A stretch of 64,000 bases of DNA from an uncultured Acidobacteriota bacterium (GCA_963725105.1 CAVRXZ010000023.1:63669-127668); one strand, 5' to 3'. Counted from the stretch's first letter, positions 1-10,569 are shown. Made by a program: numbers and translations. The notes: generated by a model not told the origin, from the sequence alone.

Positions 1-648
1 CTCCTCGTTGCCGCGAAGAAAGACAAGATCGCCGATTACACGGGGGTCATCGCGCAGGCCGGCCGGACGCCTGTGGTCGTCGATGTCGACGTCTTCGCCT
101 TGCAGAACGCCTACGAGCTGAACTACGGCCTCGATCAGAACGCGGTCATCGTACTGCTCAATGCCGGAGCAAGCGCCATCAACGTCAATATCCTGAACGG
201 CAACCAGTCGCTGCTTACCAGAGACATCTCGATCGGCGGTAACGCGTTTACCGAGGCGGTGCAGAAGGAGCTCGGCCTGCCGTTCGAAAGCGCCGAGGCG
301 CTGAAGAAGAGGAAACCGGTGGAGGGCGCAACCTTCGAGGACGCCGCGCCCGTTCTGCACGCGATCACCGAGAACGTCCTCCTCGAGATTCAGAAGACCT
401 TTGACTTCTACAAGGCGACTGCCACGTCCGACCGGATCGATCGCGTGCTGTTGAGCGGCGGCGCGTCTCAGGTGGACGGTTTTGCGGAATCGCTGCAAGC
501 GAGATTCGGTGCACCCGTCGAGCCATTCGACCCGTTCAAGAAGATCTCCTTTGAGCCGGAAAAACTGGGAGTGACCGACACGCAGGGCGTCGTGCCAATG
601 GCCGCGGTGGCCGTCGGACTGGCGCTGCGGAGAGTGGGCGACCGGTGA
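1..648 (+). CDS. pilM: Type IV pilus assembly protein PilM (5' truncated by window edge)
   Basis: Actin-like motifs (VVDVDVFALQNAY, ISIGGNAFT, VLLSGGAS, AVAVGLALR); first gene of the pilMNOPQ order. Confidence 0.92.
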   Translation, partial: LLVAAKKDKIADYTGVIAQAGRTPVVVDVDVFALQNAYELNYGLDQNAVIVLLNAGASAINVNILNGNQSLLTRDISIGGNAFTEAVQKELGLPFESAEALKKRKPVEGATFEDAAPVLHAITENVLLEIQKTFDFYKATATSDRIDRVLLSGGASQVDGFAESLQARFGAPVEPFDPFKKISFEPEKLGVTDTQGVVPMAAVAVGLALRRVGDR

Positions 649-1259
649 TACGCATCAACCTGCTCGGGGGAGAACGCAAGGCCGCCAAGCGTGCCCCGAC
701 GGTTCAGGCGGGCCAGAAAATCACGATCATCTGTTGCGGCATTCTGCTGACGGCCGTGTGCGTGGTGGGATGGCGCTTCTGGACTCTGCGGGAGCAGTCG
801 GCCAACCTTGATGAGAACATCGCGGCCGCTCAACAGGAAACGGTGCGGCTCCACGCCATCATCCAGAATGTTCAGCAATTCGAGCAGCAGAAGGCCCAGC
901 TCCAGCAGCGCGTCGTGCTCATTGAGCAGCTTCGAAAGAGCCAGACGGGTCCAGTACACATGCTCGACGAGATCAGCCGCGCACTGCCGTCGATGCTCTG
1001 GTTGACGCAGCTCAAGGCCAGCGACGATAGCGTGGTCATTGACGGGCAGTGCCTGGCGCTGACCAACCTGACCGATTTCGTCGCCAACCTCGAGGCGTCC
1101 GGTTTCTTCAAACGATCCGTGGACATCGTGAGCAGCCAGACTGAGGTGTTGACGACGCCTCCGGGCGAGCTCGTCAAGTTCAGCGTGAGGGCGCAGTACG
1201 CACAGGTTGCGCCGAAGGCGCCGGGTGCCGCCGCAGCGGCGAAGAAGCAAGGCAGTTGA
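645..1259 (+). CDS. pilN: Type IV pilus assembly protein PilN
   Basis: N-terminal IRINLL PilM-binding motif, TM helix, coiled coil; GTGA overlap with pilM. Confidence 0.92.
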   Translation: MIRINLLGGERKAAKRAPTVQAGQKITIICCGILLTAVCVVGWRFWTLREQSANLDENIAAAQQETVRLHAIIQNVQQFEQQKAQLQQRVVLIEQLRKSQTGPVHMLDEISRALPSMLWLTQLKASDDSVVIDGQCLALTNLTDFVANLEASGFFKRSVDIVSSQTEVLTTPPGELVKFSVRAQYAQVAPKAPGAAAAAKKQGS

Positions 1260-1355
1260 TGGCAGACGCAGCAGGCGGCAAGCGCGTGTAACGCCGGGCA
1301 CGCCGCGTAAAGCCGTTGCGGGCAGTCCCCGATACGGCAGGGTAGGCGCAGGTCA

Positions 1356-1964
1356 ATGGATATCAGCCTTACAAAGTTGCCCTGGTGGGCGCAGGTTGGC
1401 GCGTTTGTCGTGCTCGCCATTGGCGGCATGGGCGGCTTCTTCTACTACTACGAGCAGCCAATGCAGGCCGACCTGACCAGCCGAGGGAGTCAGCTGTCGC
1501 TGCTCAAGGCGGACATGAACAAGGGTTATGAGACGGCGCGGCGCCTTCCGGCGTTCAAGCTACAGGTCACCGAACTCGAAGGGCGACTGGACAGCCTGAA
1601 GTCCGTACTGCCTGATGAGAAGGACGCAGCGGATCTTCTTCGCCGGCTCGAGACGGTTGCCACGCAGTCCCACCTGGTGATCAAAAGCTTCAAGCCGTCA
1701 CCCATCGTGACGCGGCAGCTGCACGCCGAATGGCCCATCTCGCTGGAGCTCGAGGGGAGCTATCACAACCTGGCGATCTTCTTCGACCGCGTCGGGAAGT
1801 TCACCCGAATCGTCAATATCAGCACCCTCGACGTGAAGAACAAGCCAAAGCCGGAACCGAACTCGACCATCACGGCTACATGTGTTGCCACGACCTTCGT
1901 ACTCCTCGACAAGGCAGCGATTGAGGCTCAGGCCGCCAAAGCCAAGGCTGCCAAGGGCGCGTGA
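1356..1964 (+). CDS. pilO: Type IV pilus assembly protein PilO
   Basis: N-terminal TM, coiled coil, LEGSYHNLAIFFDRVGKFTRIVNI PilO-type segment; synteny. Confidence 0.9.
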   Translation: MDISLTKLPWWAQVGAFVVLAIGGMGGFFYYYEQPMQADLTSRGSQLSLLKADMNKGYETARRLPAFKLQVTELEGRLDSLKSVLPDEKDAADLLRRLETVATQSHLVIKSFKPSPIVTRQLHAEWPISLELEGSYHNLAIFFDRVGKFTRIVNISTLDVKNKPKPEPNSTITATCVATTFVLLDKAAIEAQAAKAKAAKGA

Positions 1965-1965
1965 C

Positions 1966-2454
1966 GTGCGCGGCGTAGTCCTGACGTTCGTCGTGGCCGT
2001 GCTAGGGGCCCCCGCCGCGGCGCAGACGGCTGCCCCGCCAAAAGGCCCCGCGCCCGTGACGCCCGCGGGCGCATCCGCTTCTGTCGAGGCGGCCACTCCT
2101 GCCACCTACTCGTACGAGCCGGCAGGCCGGCGTGATCCCTTCACCAACCTGATTGGCCTTGGCGCAGAGACGCGCGGCCCCGGGCGACGGGGAGACGGGT
2201 CGGAGGGCTTGAGCGTTTCGGAGCTGTCGATTCGAGGTGTGCTGGAGGGACGAAGCGGCGTGATTGCGATGGTAGAAGGTCCGGACAAGAAAACGATCGT
2301 GGTCCATCCCGGTGACAAGCTCGCGGATGGTCGGATCAAGACTATTACGCCACAGGGGCTGGTTATCGTGCAGGACGTCAACGATCCTCTGTCGCTGGTC
2401 AAGCAGCGGGAAGTTCGAAAACTTCTTCGTTCACTCGAGGACGCCAAGCAGTGA
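1966..2454 (+). CDS. pilP: Type IV pilus assembly protein PilP-like
   Basis: In-frame GTG at 1966; signal peptide, GRRDPF motif, C-terminal beta domain (VHPGDKLADGRIKTIT); lies between pilO and pilQ. Confidence 0.8.
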   Translation: MRGVVLTFVVAVLGAPAAAQTAAPPKGPAPVTPAGASASVEAATPATYSYEPAGRRDPFTNLIGLGAETRGPGRRGDGSEGLSVSELSIRGVLEGRSGVIAMVEGPDKKTIVVHPGDKLADGRIKTITPQGLVIVQDVNDPLSLVKQREVRKLLRSLEDAKQ

Positions 2455-4310
2455 CTGTTGGCCGAAGCGTGACACTTCTTTGTGGGCTCCTCGCGAGCGG
2501 CGCAGTCATCGTCGGCGCAACCGGTCCGGCAGTCGTCGGCGGAGCCGTCCAGCTGACGGCTATCAGCGCGCGCGCCGACCGCACCGGCGCGACGGTCGTC
2601 ATCGAAGCGACCGGCCCGGCCCCCTACGTGGCCACGAGGCCCGATCCGCTCACGTTGTTCGTGGACTTCCGTGGCGTTGGTACAGACACCGTGGCCAACC
2701 GTTTCTCGGCGAACGCCAGCAGCCCCGTCGCGGCAGTGCGTGTGGAAGCCGCCGAGCTGCTGGGCGAGCCGGTTTCGCGTGTTCACATCAGCCTCGCGCA
2801 GGAGGTTGGGTACCGCGTCCGCAGCGAGCGCAACCGTGTCGTTGTCGAATTCGATCCAGTCAAGGTGAAGCCGCGCGCCGCTCAGTCGGCCGCCGCGCGT
2901 CCCGATCCCATGGCTGCACTGGAGCGAGGCTCGAAGCCAGTGGAGCCCACAGCGCTTCTGCAAGGTCGCGAACGTCCCGGTGCACAGGCGGCCCAGGCGG
3001 CGACAACCCAGGCGCCTCCGGTCGCGAGCGTCGGCTGCGTCAGACCGATGGGGGGGAAGAGCTTTACAGGGAATCCGGTGAGCCTCGACTTTCAGGGCGC
3101 CGATCTGCGCGCGGTGCTCAGGACCTTCGCGGAGATCAGCGGCCTGAACCTCGTCATTGATCCGGACGTCAAGGGTTCGGTCGACGTCACGCTTCGCGAA
3201 GTGCCCTGGGACCAGGCGCTCGATGTGATTCTGAGCGCCAACAAGCTGGGCTACTGCGTCGATGGCACGATCGTTCGAATCGCTTCCGTAGAGGTCTTCA
3301 CAGACGAGGACAAGAGGGTGGCTCAGGCAGCCGACGCGCGGGTCGCAGCCGCCCAGCTCGAAACGCTGCCGCAAAAACTGAGCTACGCCAAGGGCGAGGA
3401 CCTCGCCACGCTCCTCAAGACCGCGAAGATCCTGAGCGCCCGCGGCGACGCTTATGTCGATGCCCGCACCAATACCCTGATCGTCCGCGATCTGCCGGAA
3501 CAGATTCCGCAGATCAGCTCGCTCATCGCCACGCTCGATACCGCGCAGCCCCAGGTCGAAATCGAGGCGCGCATTGTCCAGACCAAGAAGACCTTTGCCC
3601 GCGCGATCGGCGTGCAGTGGGGATTCATGGGGAAAGTGGATCCCACGCTTGGAAATACGACGAATCTTGCGTTTCCCAACAACGGCAGTCTGGGCGGTCG
3701 GTCGGGGACGAGCCAGGGCGTGACCCCGCCCGCGAACGGCGTCGCCCCCGCCGTTAACCTTGGCGTGCCTGGCGCCGCGACTGCGCTTGGGCTGGCTCTC
3801 GGGTCGATCAACGGGGCGTTCAACCTCGACGTGGCCCTGACTGCGGCCGAGAAGAGCGGAAACGTCCGGCTCCTGTCGACGCCTCGCGTGTCGACGCAGA
3901 ACAACATGGAGGCGGAAATCGCCCAGGGTGTGCAGATTCCCTATCAGACCACTTCGAACAACACCGTCACGACGCAGTTCAAGGACGCCGCGCTGACCCT
4001 GAAGGTGACGCCCCAGATCACTGCGGCGAACACCGTCATCATGCGGATTGCCGTCGATAACGGCTCGGTCGGCGACATCGTGCCCGGCGGCGTGTCCATC
4101 AATACGCAGCGGGCGAGCACGACCGTTCAGGTGGACAACGGGCAAACGACGGTGATCGGCGGGATCTACTTCACCCAGCAGGTCAAAGCGAACGACAAGG
4201 TGCCGGGGATCGGCAATGTCCCGCTGCTCAAGTGGCTGTTCAATCGCGACGCCCTGGATGACCAGAGCACCGAGCTCCTGATCTTCCTGACACCGCACAT
4301 CATCAAATGA
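2451..4310 (+). CDS. pilQ: Type IV pilus secretin PilQ with N-terminal AMIN-like domain
   Basis: VSLDFQGADLRAVLR, VPWDQALD, QVEIEARIV, LKVTPQIT, VPGIGNVPLLKWLF, ELLIFLTPHII secretin motifs. Confidence 0.95.
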   Translation: MTVGRSVTLLCGLLASGAVIVGATGPAVVGGAVQLTAISARADRTGATVVIEATGPAPYVATRPDPLTLFVDFRGVGTDTVANRFSANASSPVAAVRVEAAELLGEPVSRVHISLAQEVGYRVRSERNRVVVEFDPVKVKPRAAQSAAARPDPMAALERGSKPVEPTALLQGRERPGAQAAQAATTQAPPVASVGCVRPMGGKSFTGNPVSLDFQGADLRAVLRTFAEISGLNLVIDPDVKGSVDVTLREVPWDQALDVILSANKLGYCVDGTIVRIASVEVFTDEDKRVAQAADARVAAAQLETLPQKLSYAKGEDLATLLKTAKILSARGDAYVDARTNTLIVRDLPEQIPQISSLIATLDTAQPQVEIEARIVQTKKTFARAIGVQWGFMGKVDPTLGNTTNLAFPNNGSLGGRSGTSQGVTPPANGVAPAVNLGVPGAATALGLALGSINGAFNLDVALTAAEKSGNVRLLSTPRVSTQNNMEAEIAQGVQIPYQTTSNNTVTTQFKDAALTLKVTPQITAANTVIMRIAVDNGSVGDIVPGGVSINTQRASTTVQVDNGQTTVIGGIYFTQQVKANDKVPGIGNVPLLKWLFNRDALDDQSTELLIFLTPHIIK

Positions 4311-4942
4311 AGGGGATTGAGATGCGGTCTGCCGTCCGTCGTGCCTGGCTCGCTCTCGGCTGCGTCGCGCTGCTCGGTGCGTCAGCATCGTGCGGAGACG
4401 TCGTGCGATCCGGCCGCTCGCCGATGCTGATGACGCTCAACTCCCTGCAGGCCGCGCCCGGCAGCAGGCCCGGGTCGTTCTCGGGGACACTCTCTTCGGA
4501 CGTCATCACCAACGTAACGAGTCCCGCACCCTGTTCGACCGACTCGCCGTGCCCGACGGTCTTTGCCGATACCGGTCAAGTCGTCCTCAGTCTGGCGGCC
4601 AAGGACATCAGTGTGGCGCCGACCACGAACAACCAGGTGACCGTAACCCGCTATCGCGTCACTTACCGCCGTTCCGACGGCCGCAACACACCTGGCCAGG
4701 ACGTGCCGTACGGGTTCGATGGCGCCGTCACTGGCCTCATCCCGCCGTCAGGGACCACCACGCTCACGTTCGAGATTGTGCGTCACGTGGCGAAGGAAGA
4801 ATCGCCACTCGTGCAACTAATCAGCAACCCGGCGATCATCAGCACGATTGCGGACGTCACGTTCTACGGGACCGATCAGGTAGGCAATGACATCAGCGTG
4901 ACCGGCACCATGCTGATCGATTTCGGAAACTTCGGGGATTAA
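4307..4942 (+). CDS. Hypothetical beta-rich probable lipoprotein (start may be 4322)
   Basis: Signal peptide ending ...LLGASAS-C; ATGA overlap with pilQ. Confidence 0.75.
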   Translation: MKGIEMRSAVRRAWLALGCVALLGASASCGDVVRSGRSPMLMTLNSLQAAPGSRPGSFSGTLSSDVITNVTSPAPCSTDSPCPTVFADTGQVVLSLAAKDISVAPTTNNQVTVTRYRVTYRRSDGRNTPGQDVPYGFDGAVTGLIPPSGTTTLTFEIVRHVAKEESPLVQLISNPAIISTIADVTFYGTDQVGNDISVTGTMLIDFGNFGD

Positions 4943-4948
4943 CAGGCC

Positions 4949-6232
4949 ATGCGCAACGGCATCACCCGGCTGTCCGTCCTGTGCGCACTCGTGGCGATGG
5001 CGGCGGCCTGTACCGTGCACCAAAGCGAGACGCCGTCGCTGACCGGGCCATCTGAGTTCGCCACCAGCATCCGCGTCACCGCGACGCCGGATACCATCAA
5101 CCAGGACGGCGCTTCGCAGTCGGCGATTCTGGTGACGGCTTTCGATGCCTCGGGCAAACCGGCGCAGGGCATCGTTCTGCGGATGGACATGATGGTGGCA
5201 GGGGCGATCCAGGACTTCGGAACACTGTCGGCACGCTCGCTTGTGACAGGTGCGGATGGGAAGGCGAGCGCGATGTATACCGCGCCCCCCGCGCCGCCAG
5301 CCGGATCTGGCGGGTCGGGAACACACGTGTCGATTCTGGCGATACCGAACGGATCGGACGCCCAGGTCTCGCAGAAGAACGGTGCTCTCGCGGACATTCG
5401 GCTCGTGCCGCCGGGCGTCATTCTCCCACCGGCCGGAACGCCGACCGCTGAGTTCTCCGTATCGCCCACGCCCGTCAACCTCAACGTGGAGGCAACGTTC
5501 GACGCTTCCGCCAGCACACCCGGCACCGGCGCGACGCGCATCACTAGCTACAGCTGGTCGTTTGGTGACGGCGACACTTCGAACCGCGGTCCGAGCACGA
5601 CGCATACGTTCGAAACGACCGGTACCTTCTCTGTCACGTTGACGGTTACCAACGATCGCGGGCTGAGCGCTTCGACGACCCAGACAGTCAGCGTGGGGGC
5701 GGTGACCGCGCCCACCGCCTCGTTCGTGGTTTCGCCCGAGTCGCCGATCGTCAATTCGGACGTCGTCTTCGATGCGAGCCCGTCGAGTGCGGCGCCAGGT
5801 CACACGATCACCGAGTACCGCTGGATTTTCGGAGACGGAGCAACGGCAACCGGTCCGAACGTCACGCATCGCTACACCACGGCGAACACGTACAACGTGA
5901 CGCTGACGATCACCGATGATTCGGGCCAGAAGACCACAGCCAGCAAGTCGGTGCCGGTCGGAACCGGAAGCCCGGTTGCATCCTTTACGTTCGTTGTCAC
6001 AAACCCGGGAACGCATACCATTCAGGTGAACGGCAATGGGTCCGCGCCGGCACCGGGCGCCAGTATCGTCTCCTACTCATGGAACTGGGGCGACGGCAGT
6101 CCGACGGATAACGGCGCGATTGTCTCGCATTCATTTTCGCAGAGCTCGGCGACGACCTGGAGCGTTAAACTAACCGTCACGGACAACCTCGGTCGGACGG
6201 GCGTTGTGACACAGCCCGTCACCGTGCCGTGA
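4949..6232 (+). CDS. PKD-domain lipoprotein (Ig-like N-domain plus 3 PKD repeats)
   Basis: Lipobox-like AMAAA-C; three W-x-(F/W)GDG PKD motifs followed by VTLTVT-type strands. Confidence 0.85.
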   Translation: MRNGITRLSVLCALVAMAAACTVHQSETPSLTGPSEFATSIRVTATPDTINQDGASQSAILVTAFDASGKPAQGIVLRMDMMVAGAIQDFGTLSARSLVTGADGKASAMYTAPPAPPAGSGGSGTHVSILAIPNGSDAQVSQKNGALADIRLVPPGVILPPAGTPTAEFSVSPTPVNLNVEATFDASASTPGTGATRITSYSWSFGDGDTSNRGPSTTHTFETTGTFSVTLTVTNDRGLSASTTQTVSVGAVTAPTASFVVSPESPIVNSDVVFDASPSSAAPGHTITEYRWIFGDGATATGPNVTHRYTTANTYNVTLTITDDSGQKTTASKSVPVGTGSPVASFTFVVTNPGTHTIQVNGNGSAPAPGASIVSYSWNWGDGSPTDNGAIVSHSFSQSSATTWSVKLTVTDNLGRTGVVTQPVTVP

Positions 6233-6238
6233 CACACG

Positions 6239-6700
6239 ATGCCCGACGACCCACAAATAGACGACCTCCGACGCCGGGTCGCTGACGACCCGGCGTCCAT
6301 CGCCTTCGCACAGCTCGGGGAAGAATTACGGCGTGCCGGCCGCTGCGACGAGGCCGTCGCGGTATGTCGATCGGGCCTCTCGCGGTACCCGGCGTACCTG
6401 TCGGCCCGGGTAACTCTGGGACGCGCTCTTCTGGAGCTGAACCGCCTCGACGAGGCCCAGCGGGCGATCGAAGAAGTTCTCGCGAACGCGCCGGAGCATC
6501 TGACCGCCGGTCGCACCCTGGCTGATATCGGGAGGCGGCGCGGTCACGACGCCCCCGCCTTCGCGGCGGGCACCGATCCTTCGCCGCAATCCAGACAGGT
6601 TTCCGATGAGACCGAATCCTTCCGGGCCCTCCGGATGATTGCCGCGCTCGAAGCCTGGGTCGCCGCCATCCATGTCGCACGCGCCCCGCGAAGCGCTTGA
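6239..6700 (+). CDS. Tetratricopeptide repeat protein
   Basis: TPR pattern FAQLGEELRRAGRCDEAVAVC...ARVTLGRALLELNRLDEA. Confidence 0.8.
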   Translation: MPDDPQIDDLRRRVADDPASIAFAQLGEELRRAGRCDEAVAVCRSGLSRYPAYLSARVTLGRALLELNRLDEAQRAIEEVLANAPEHLTAGRTLADIGRRRGHDAPAFAAGTDPSPQSRQVSDETESFRALRMIAALEAWVAAIHVARAPRSA

Positions 6701-7812
6701 ACGCCGACATCAGGAAGTTCGCGCAGCGTGCGCGGCGCGTACACTCGACGCGCTCGTCGTGACGGCGCTCCCGAACATCCTGTATCTGACGAATTTCACG
6801 GGGAGTGCGGCGATCGTGGTCGTCACGCCGGACCGTCTGCATTTCATTACCGACTCCCGGTACCTCACCGCGGTTCAGGCACTGCGCGACGGTCCGCACG
6901 GGTGCCAGAACCTGGAGATCGTGCCCGTCAGCGCCGCGTACGACTCCACGCTGGTGTCGCTGCTCGAAACGATGCCATCCGCCCAGATCGGCTTCGAGTC
7001 GGCGCACGTAACTGTGGCGCGCCACCGCCTGCTCACCCAGTCGCTCGCGCGCGGAGTGTCCGCTCCCTCCCTCGTAGGCTGCGAGGGCATCGTCGAGCGG
7101 GCCAGGCTGTTCAAGGACGATTACGAGCTGAAGACGTTGAGGGACGCGGCGGTGATGCTATCTGCAGTAGCTGCAGGCGTCATCGAAGAAGTCCGCCGCG
7201 GGAGGACCGAACGAGAGGTCGCTTTCGCGATCGACGTTCGCATGCGCAGGGCCGGCTTCGAGAAGCCGGCGTTCGACACAATTGTCGCGAGTGGCCCCAA
7301 CGCTGCGCTGCCCCACGCGCACCCGGGGGAGCGAACATTGACCGAAAGCGACCTCGTTGTGCTGGACTTCGGCGGCGTCTACGACTCATACTGCGTCGAC
7401 CTGACCCGGACGGTGTCCGTCGGTCCGGCGGGGTCCAGGGCTCGGGAAGTCTACGCGGCTGTGCTTTCGGCGCACGACGCCGCAGTCGAAGCCGTGCGGC
7501 CTGGTCAGTCGCGGTTTGCTATCGACGCCGCGGCCCGCGACGAGCTGGTCCGGCGGGGTCTGGGTGAAGCGTTCGGCCACGGGACGGGCCACGGGCTCGG
7601 TCTTGAGGTACACGAAGAGCCGCGGATCTTCTCGGCGTCGACCGGCGCTTGACCTCGACGACGATCCGGTGGGACCGCGCATGGTCTTCACGATCGAACC
7701 GGGCGCCTACCTCCCAGACTGGGGCGGTGTTCGAATCGAGGACGATGTCGCGGTGACCGAGGCGGGCGTCGAGGTCTTGACGACAACCCCGACGGAACTC
7801 GTTGAGATCTAA
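6672..7812 (+). CDS. Xaa-Pro aminopeptidase/M24 family peptidase (frameshift near 7630)
   Basis: Creatinase N-domain; [27 protein letters not shown], then in the second frame [16 protein letters not shown]. Confidence 0.88.
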
Positions 7813-7815
7813 GAG

Positions 7816-7884
7816 ACTTGGGAATTTGAGAATCTGAGGATTTGAGAATTTGGGATATCTGAGGATTTGAGGGTTTGAGAATCC
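7816..7884. repeat. Degenerate 8-mer tandem array (ATTTGAGA-like, about 8 units)
   Basis: ACTTGGGA ATTTGAGA ATCTGAGG ATTTGAGA ATTTGGGA t ATCTGAGG ATTTGAGG GTTTGAGA. Confidence 0.9.
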
Positions 7885-7887
7885 ATA

Positions 7888-8367
7888 GTGGGCATTGACC
7901 TCGGCCAGCTGAAGCAGATCCTCGACTTGGTACGTACGCACGGACTGTCTGAGCTCGAAGTCGAGTTCGACGGCGTGCGCGTGAAGGCCCGCACCAGCAC
8001 GGCCGCCAGCCCGATCGTGGTCTCGGCGGCCACGCCCGCTGTTTCCTCTGGGCCGCCCCGGGTCGCGGAAGTGTCCGAATCGGCACCCGCGCCAGTTTCG
8101 CTCGCCGCGTCCACCGAAGAAGTTGAACTGGCCGTCGTGAAGTCGCCGATCGTGGGAACCTTCTACCGGTCCGCGGAGCCGGAGGCCCCGGCATTTGTTG
8201 AAATCGGCACGACCGTGAAGAAGGGGCAGGTGCTCTGTATCATCGAGGCAATGAAGTTGATGAATGAAATCGACTCGGAGTACGAGGGCGAGGTCGTGAA
8301 CGTCTACGTCGAAAACGGGCAGCCGGTCCAGTACGGTGAGCGGCTCTTTGCGATCAAGACGGGTTAA
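7888..8367 (+). CDS. accB: Acetyl-CoA carboxylase biotin carboxyl carrier protein
   Basis: KSPIVGTFYR and EAMKLMNEI biotinylation motif. Confidence 0.96.
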   Translation: MGIDLGQLKQILDLVRTHGLSELEVEFDGVRVKARTSTAASPIVVSAATPAVSSGPPRVAEVSESAPAPVSLAASTEEVELAVVKSPIVGTFYRSAEPEAPAFVEIGTTVKKGQVLCIIEAMKLMNEIDSEYEGEVVNVYVENGQPVQYGERLFAIKTG

Positions 8368-8369
8368 GA

Positions 8370-8399
8370 GGCCAGGTAGGGCAGGTGGGCCAGGTAGGG
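8370..8399. repeat. G-rich 9-mer tandem array (GGGCAGGTA family)
   Basis: GGCCAGGTA GGGCAGGTG GGCCAGGTA GGG. Confidence 0.8.
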
Positions 8400-8433
8400 T
8401 GGCCGCGCTAAGCGGACAGTCGTCGCACGAAAG

Positions 8434-8483
8434 GCCGAGCCGCGAGGGCGGCGAAGGCACAGGCGCTGGTGGGGCCCCAGCGC
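8434..8483 (+). repeat. Structured dispersed element copy 1 (GAG/CGAA internal loop plus GTGGGG hairpin)
   Basis: GCC-GAG-CCGC-gagg-GCGG-CGAA-GGC then GCGCTG-GTGGGG-CCC-CAGCGC; similar copies at 14071 and 55174. Confidence 0.7.
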
Positions 8484-8495
8484 AACAAGGAGAAG

Positions 8496-9866
8496 ATGTT
8501 TAAGAAGATCCTGATTGCGAACCGTGGGGAAGTGGCGCTGCGCGTCATCTTCGCATGCCGTGAGCTGGGCATCAAGACCGTCGCTGTCTACTCGCAGGCC
8601 GATGAAAATTCGCTCCACGTGCGCTTCGCTGACGAAGACTTTTGCATCGGTCCGGCGCGGAGCGCCGACAGCTATCTGAACGTCCCGGCCATTATTACGA
8701 CCGCCGAAATCTTCGGCGCCGACGCTATTCATCCCGGATACGGCTTCCTGTCCGAGAGCGCGTACCTTGCGGAGGTGTGCGAAGCCTGCCACATCAAGTT
8801 CATCGGCCCGAGCCCGCAAGTGATCCGGTTGATGGGCGACAAAGCGCGCGCCAGGCGGGTCATGAAGAAGGTTGGCGTGCCCGTGCTCCCAGGGAGCGAC
8901 AGTCCCATCGAGCAGGAAGACAAGACTCTCAAGGTCGCCAAGGAGATCGGGTTTCCCGTCATCGTCAAGGCGACGGCGGGTGGCGGCGGGCGTGGCATGC
9001 GTGTGGTTCGTACGGCCGCCGAGCTTCCCCACGCGGTGCAGACCGCGCAGCGCGAAGCGGAGGCAGCGTTTGGCGTGGCGGACGTGTACATCGAAAAGTA
9101 CGTGGAATCGCCGCGGCACGTCGAATTCCAGGTGCTCGGGGATCATCACGGCAACGTGGTGCACCTCGGGGAGCGCGAATGTTCAATCCAGCGCCGGCAT
9201 CAGAAGCTGCTCGAGGAATCGCCGTCGCCCGCGCTCAGTGAGAAGATGCGCCGGAAGATGGGAAACATCGTGATCGATGCCGCGAGGGCCGTGCAGTACA
9301 CCAACGCCGGGACCTTCGAGTTCCTGATGGACGCCGACGGCCACTTCTACTTCATGGAGGCGAATACGCGCCTGCAGGTGGAGCACGCGGTCACCGAGAT
9401 GGTGACAGGCGTCGACATTGTCAAAGAGCAGATTCGGATTGCGGCGGGGGAGCGTCTTTCGTACAAGCAGAGCGAGATTACGTTTACTGGCCACTCGATC
9501 GAATGTCGGATCAACGCCGAAGACCCGGAGACCTTCGTGCCCTCGCCGGGAGTGATTCACGTGTTCAGTGCGCCCGGCGGCCCCGGGGTGCGAGTCGAGA
9601 CATACGCGCACTCGGATTGCGTAATCCCGCCCCACTACGACTCACTGATTGCGAAGATCATCGTGCACGGACGGGACCGGCAGGAAGCGATCGCGCGCAT
9701 GAAGCGCACGCTCGAAATGACCGTGATCGAAGGCATCAAGACGACGATCCCGCTCCATCTCCGGATCCTGAACGACCCCGATTTCCTCGCGGGAAAGGTC
9801 ACGACGTCGTTCATGGAGCGATTCCTCAGTCGCCCGGGTTCGGGGCGTCTCGCCGAAGCCGTTTGA
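8496..9866 (+). CDS. accC: Biotin carboxylase
   Basis: [58 protein letters not shown]. Confidence 0.97.
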   Translation: MFKKILIANRGEVALRVIFACRELGIKTVAVYSQADENSLHVRFADEDFCIGPARSADSYLNVPAIITTAEIFGADAIHPGYGFLSESAYLAEVCEACHIKFIGPSPQVIRLMGDKARARRVMKKVGVPVLPGSDSPIEQEDKTLKVAKEIGFPVIVKATAGGGGRGMRVVRTAAELPHAVQTAQREAEAAFGVADVYIEKYVESPRHVEFQVLGDHHGNVVHLGERECSIQRRHQKLLEESPSPALSEKMRRKMGNIVIDAARAVQYTNAGTFEFLMDADGHFYFMEANTRLQVEHAVTEMVTGVDIVKEQIRIAAGERLSYKQSEITFTGHSIECRINAEDPETFVPSPGVIHVFSAPGGPGVRVETYAHSDCVIPPHYDSLIAKIIVHGRDRQEAIARMKRTLEMTVIEGIKTTIPLHLRILNDPDFLAGKVTTSFMERFLSRPGSGRLAEAV

Positions 9867-9884
9867 GCACGTTCGTCCCGCGCC

Positions 9885-10550
9885 ATGACGACGAATCTCA
9901 GCCGGGAGGCGATGCGCCTTCATGCGATTATCGATGTCTCGGTTACGGTCGCCGCAGGCTGGACTCCCACTGATCTCGCCGCGGCTTGTCTGAGTGGCGG
10001 CGCGCGTCTGATTCAGGTCCGCGCCAAGACATCCTCCAGTTCGGCGTTCCTGGACCTGGCGTCGCGCATTCACGAACTCGCAAGCGGGGCTGGAGCGATC
10101 GTCATTGTCAACGACCGTGCGGACATCGCGAGGCTGTCCGGGGCGGAGGGCGTGCATCTCGGACAGGAGGATCTGACGCCGGCCGCGGCGCGTCGTGTAA
10201 TTGGACCCGAAGCGCTCGTGGGACTGTCAACGCACACAGACGAACAAGTAGAGCGGGCAGTCGTCGAATCCGTTTCGTACTTTGCGATCGGGCCGGTGTT
10301 CAAGACCTCCACGAAGCCGAGCGGGTACGCGACGGTGGGACTTGACGGCGTCCGCCGAGCGGCGGCTGCAGGGCGAGCGCGCGGCCTGAAACTGGTGGCC
10401 ATCGGCGGGATCACATTGGACAAAGTGGTTGACGTCGTGAACGCGGGCGCGGCGGGCGTTGCGGTGATCGCGGATCTGCTCGAAGGCGGCGATCCTGAGG
10501 CGCGCACACGCGCCTACCTGGCGCGGCTCGACGAGTCCGGCGGAGTATAA
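9885..10550 (+). CDS. thiE: Thiamine-phosphate synthase
   Basis: IQVRAK, IVNDRADIA, GVHLGQED, GLSTH, GPVFKTSTK, VAIGGIT. Confidence 0.92.
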   Translation: MTTNLSREAMRLHAIIDVSVTVAAGWTPTDLAAACLSGGARLIQVRAKTSSSSAFLDLASRIHELASGAGAIVIVNDRADIARLSGAEGVHLGQEDLTPAAARRVIGPEALVGLSTHTDEQVERAVVESVSYFAIGPVFKTSTKPSGYATVGLDGVRRAAAAGRARGLKLVAIGGITLDKVVDVVNAGAAGVAVIADLLEGGDPEARTRAYLARLDESGGV

Positions 10551-10569
10551 TCCGCGCGGAACGCCATCT

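Noticed and set aside
1260..1355. Riboswitch or repeat in the pilN-pilO spacer
   Set aside because: Some GGCAG-like recurrences and GC pairing, but no convincing periodicity or known motif (for example c-di-GMP GEMM) could be supported.
2106..4388. 760-aa antisense ORF (also 25960..27699, 47662..49788 and similar)
   Set aside because: Shadow ORFs opposite well-supported genes in high-GC DNA; no recognisable motifs.
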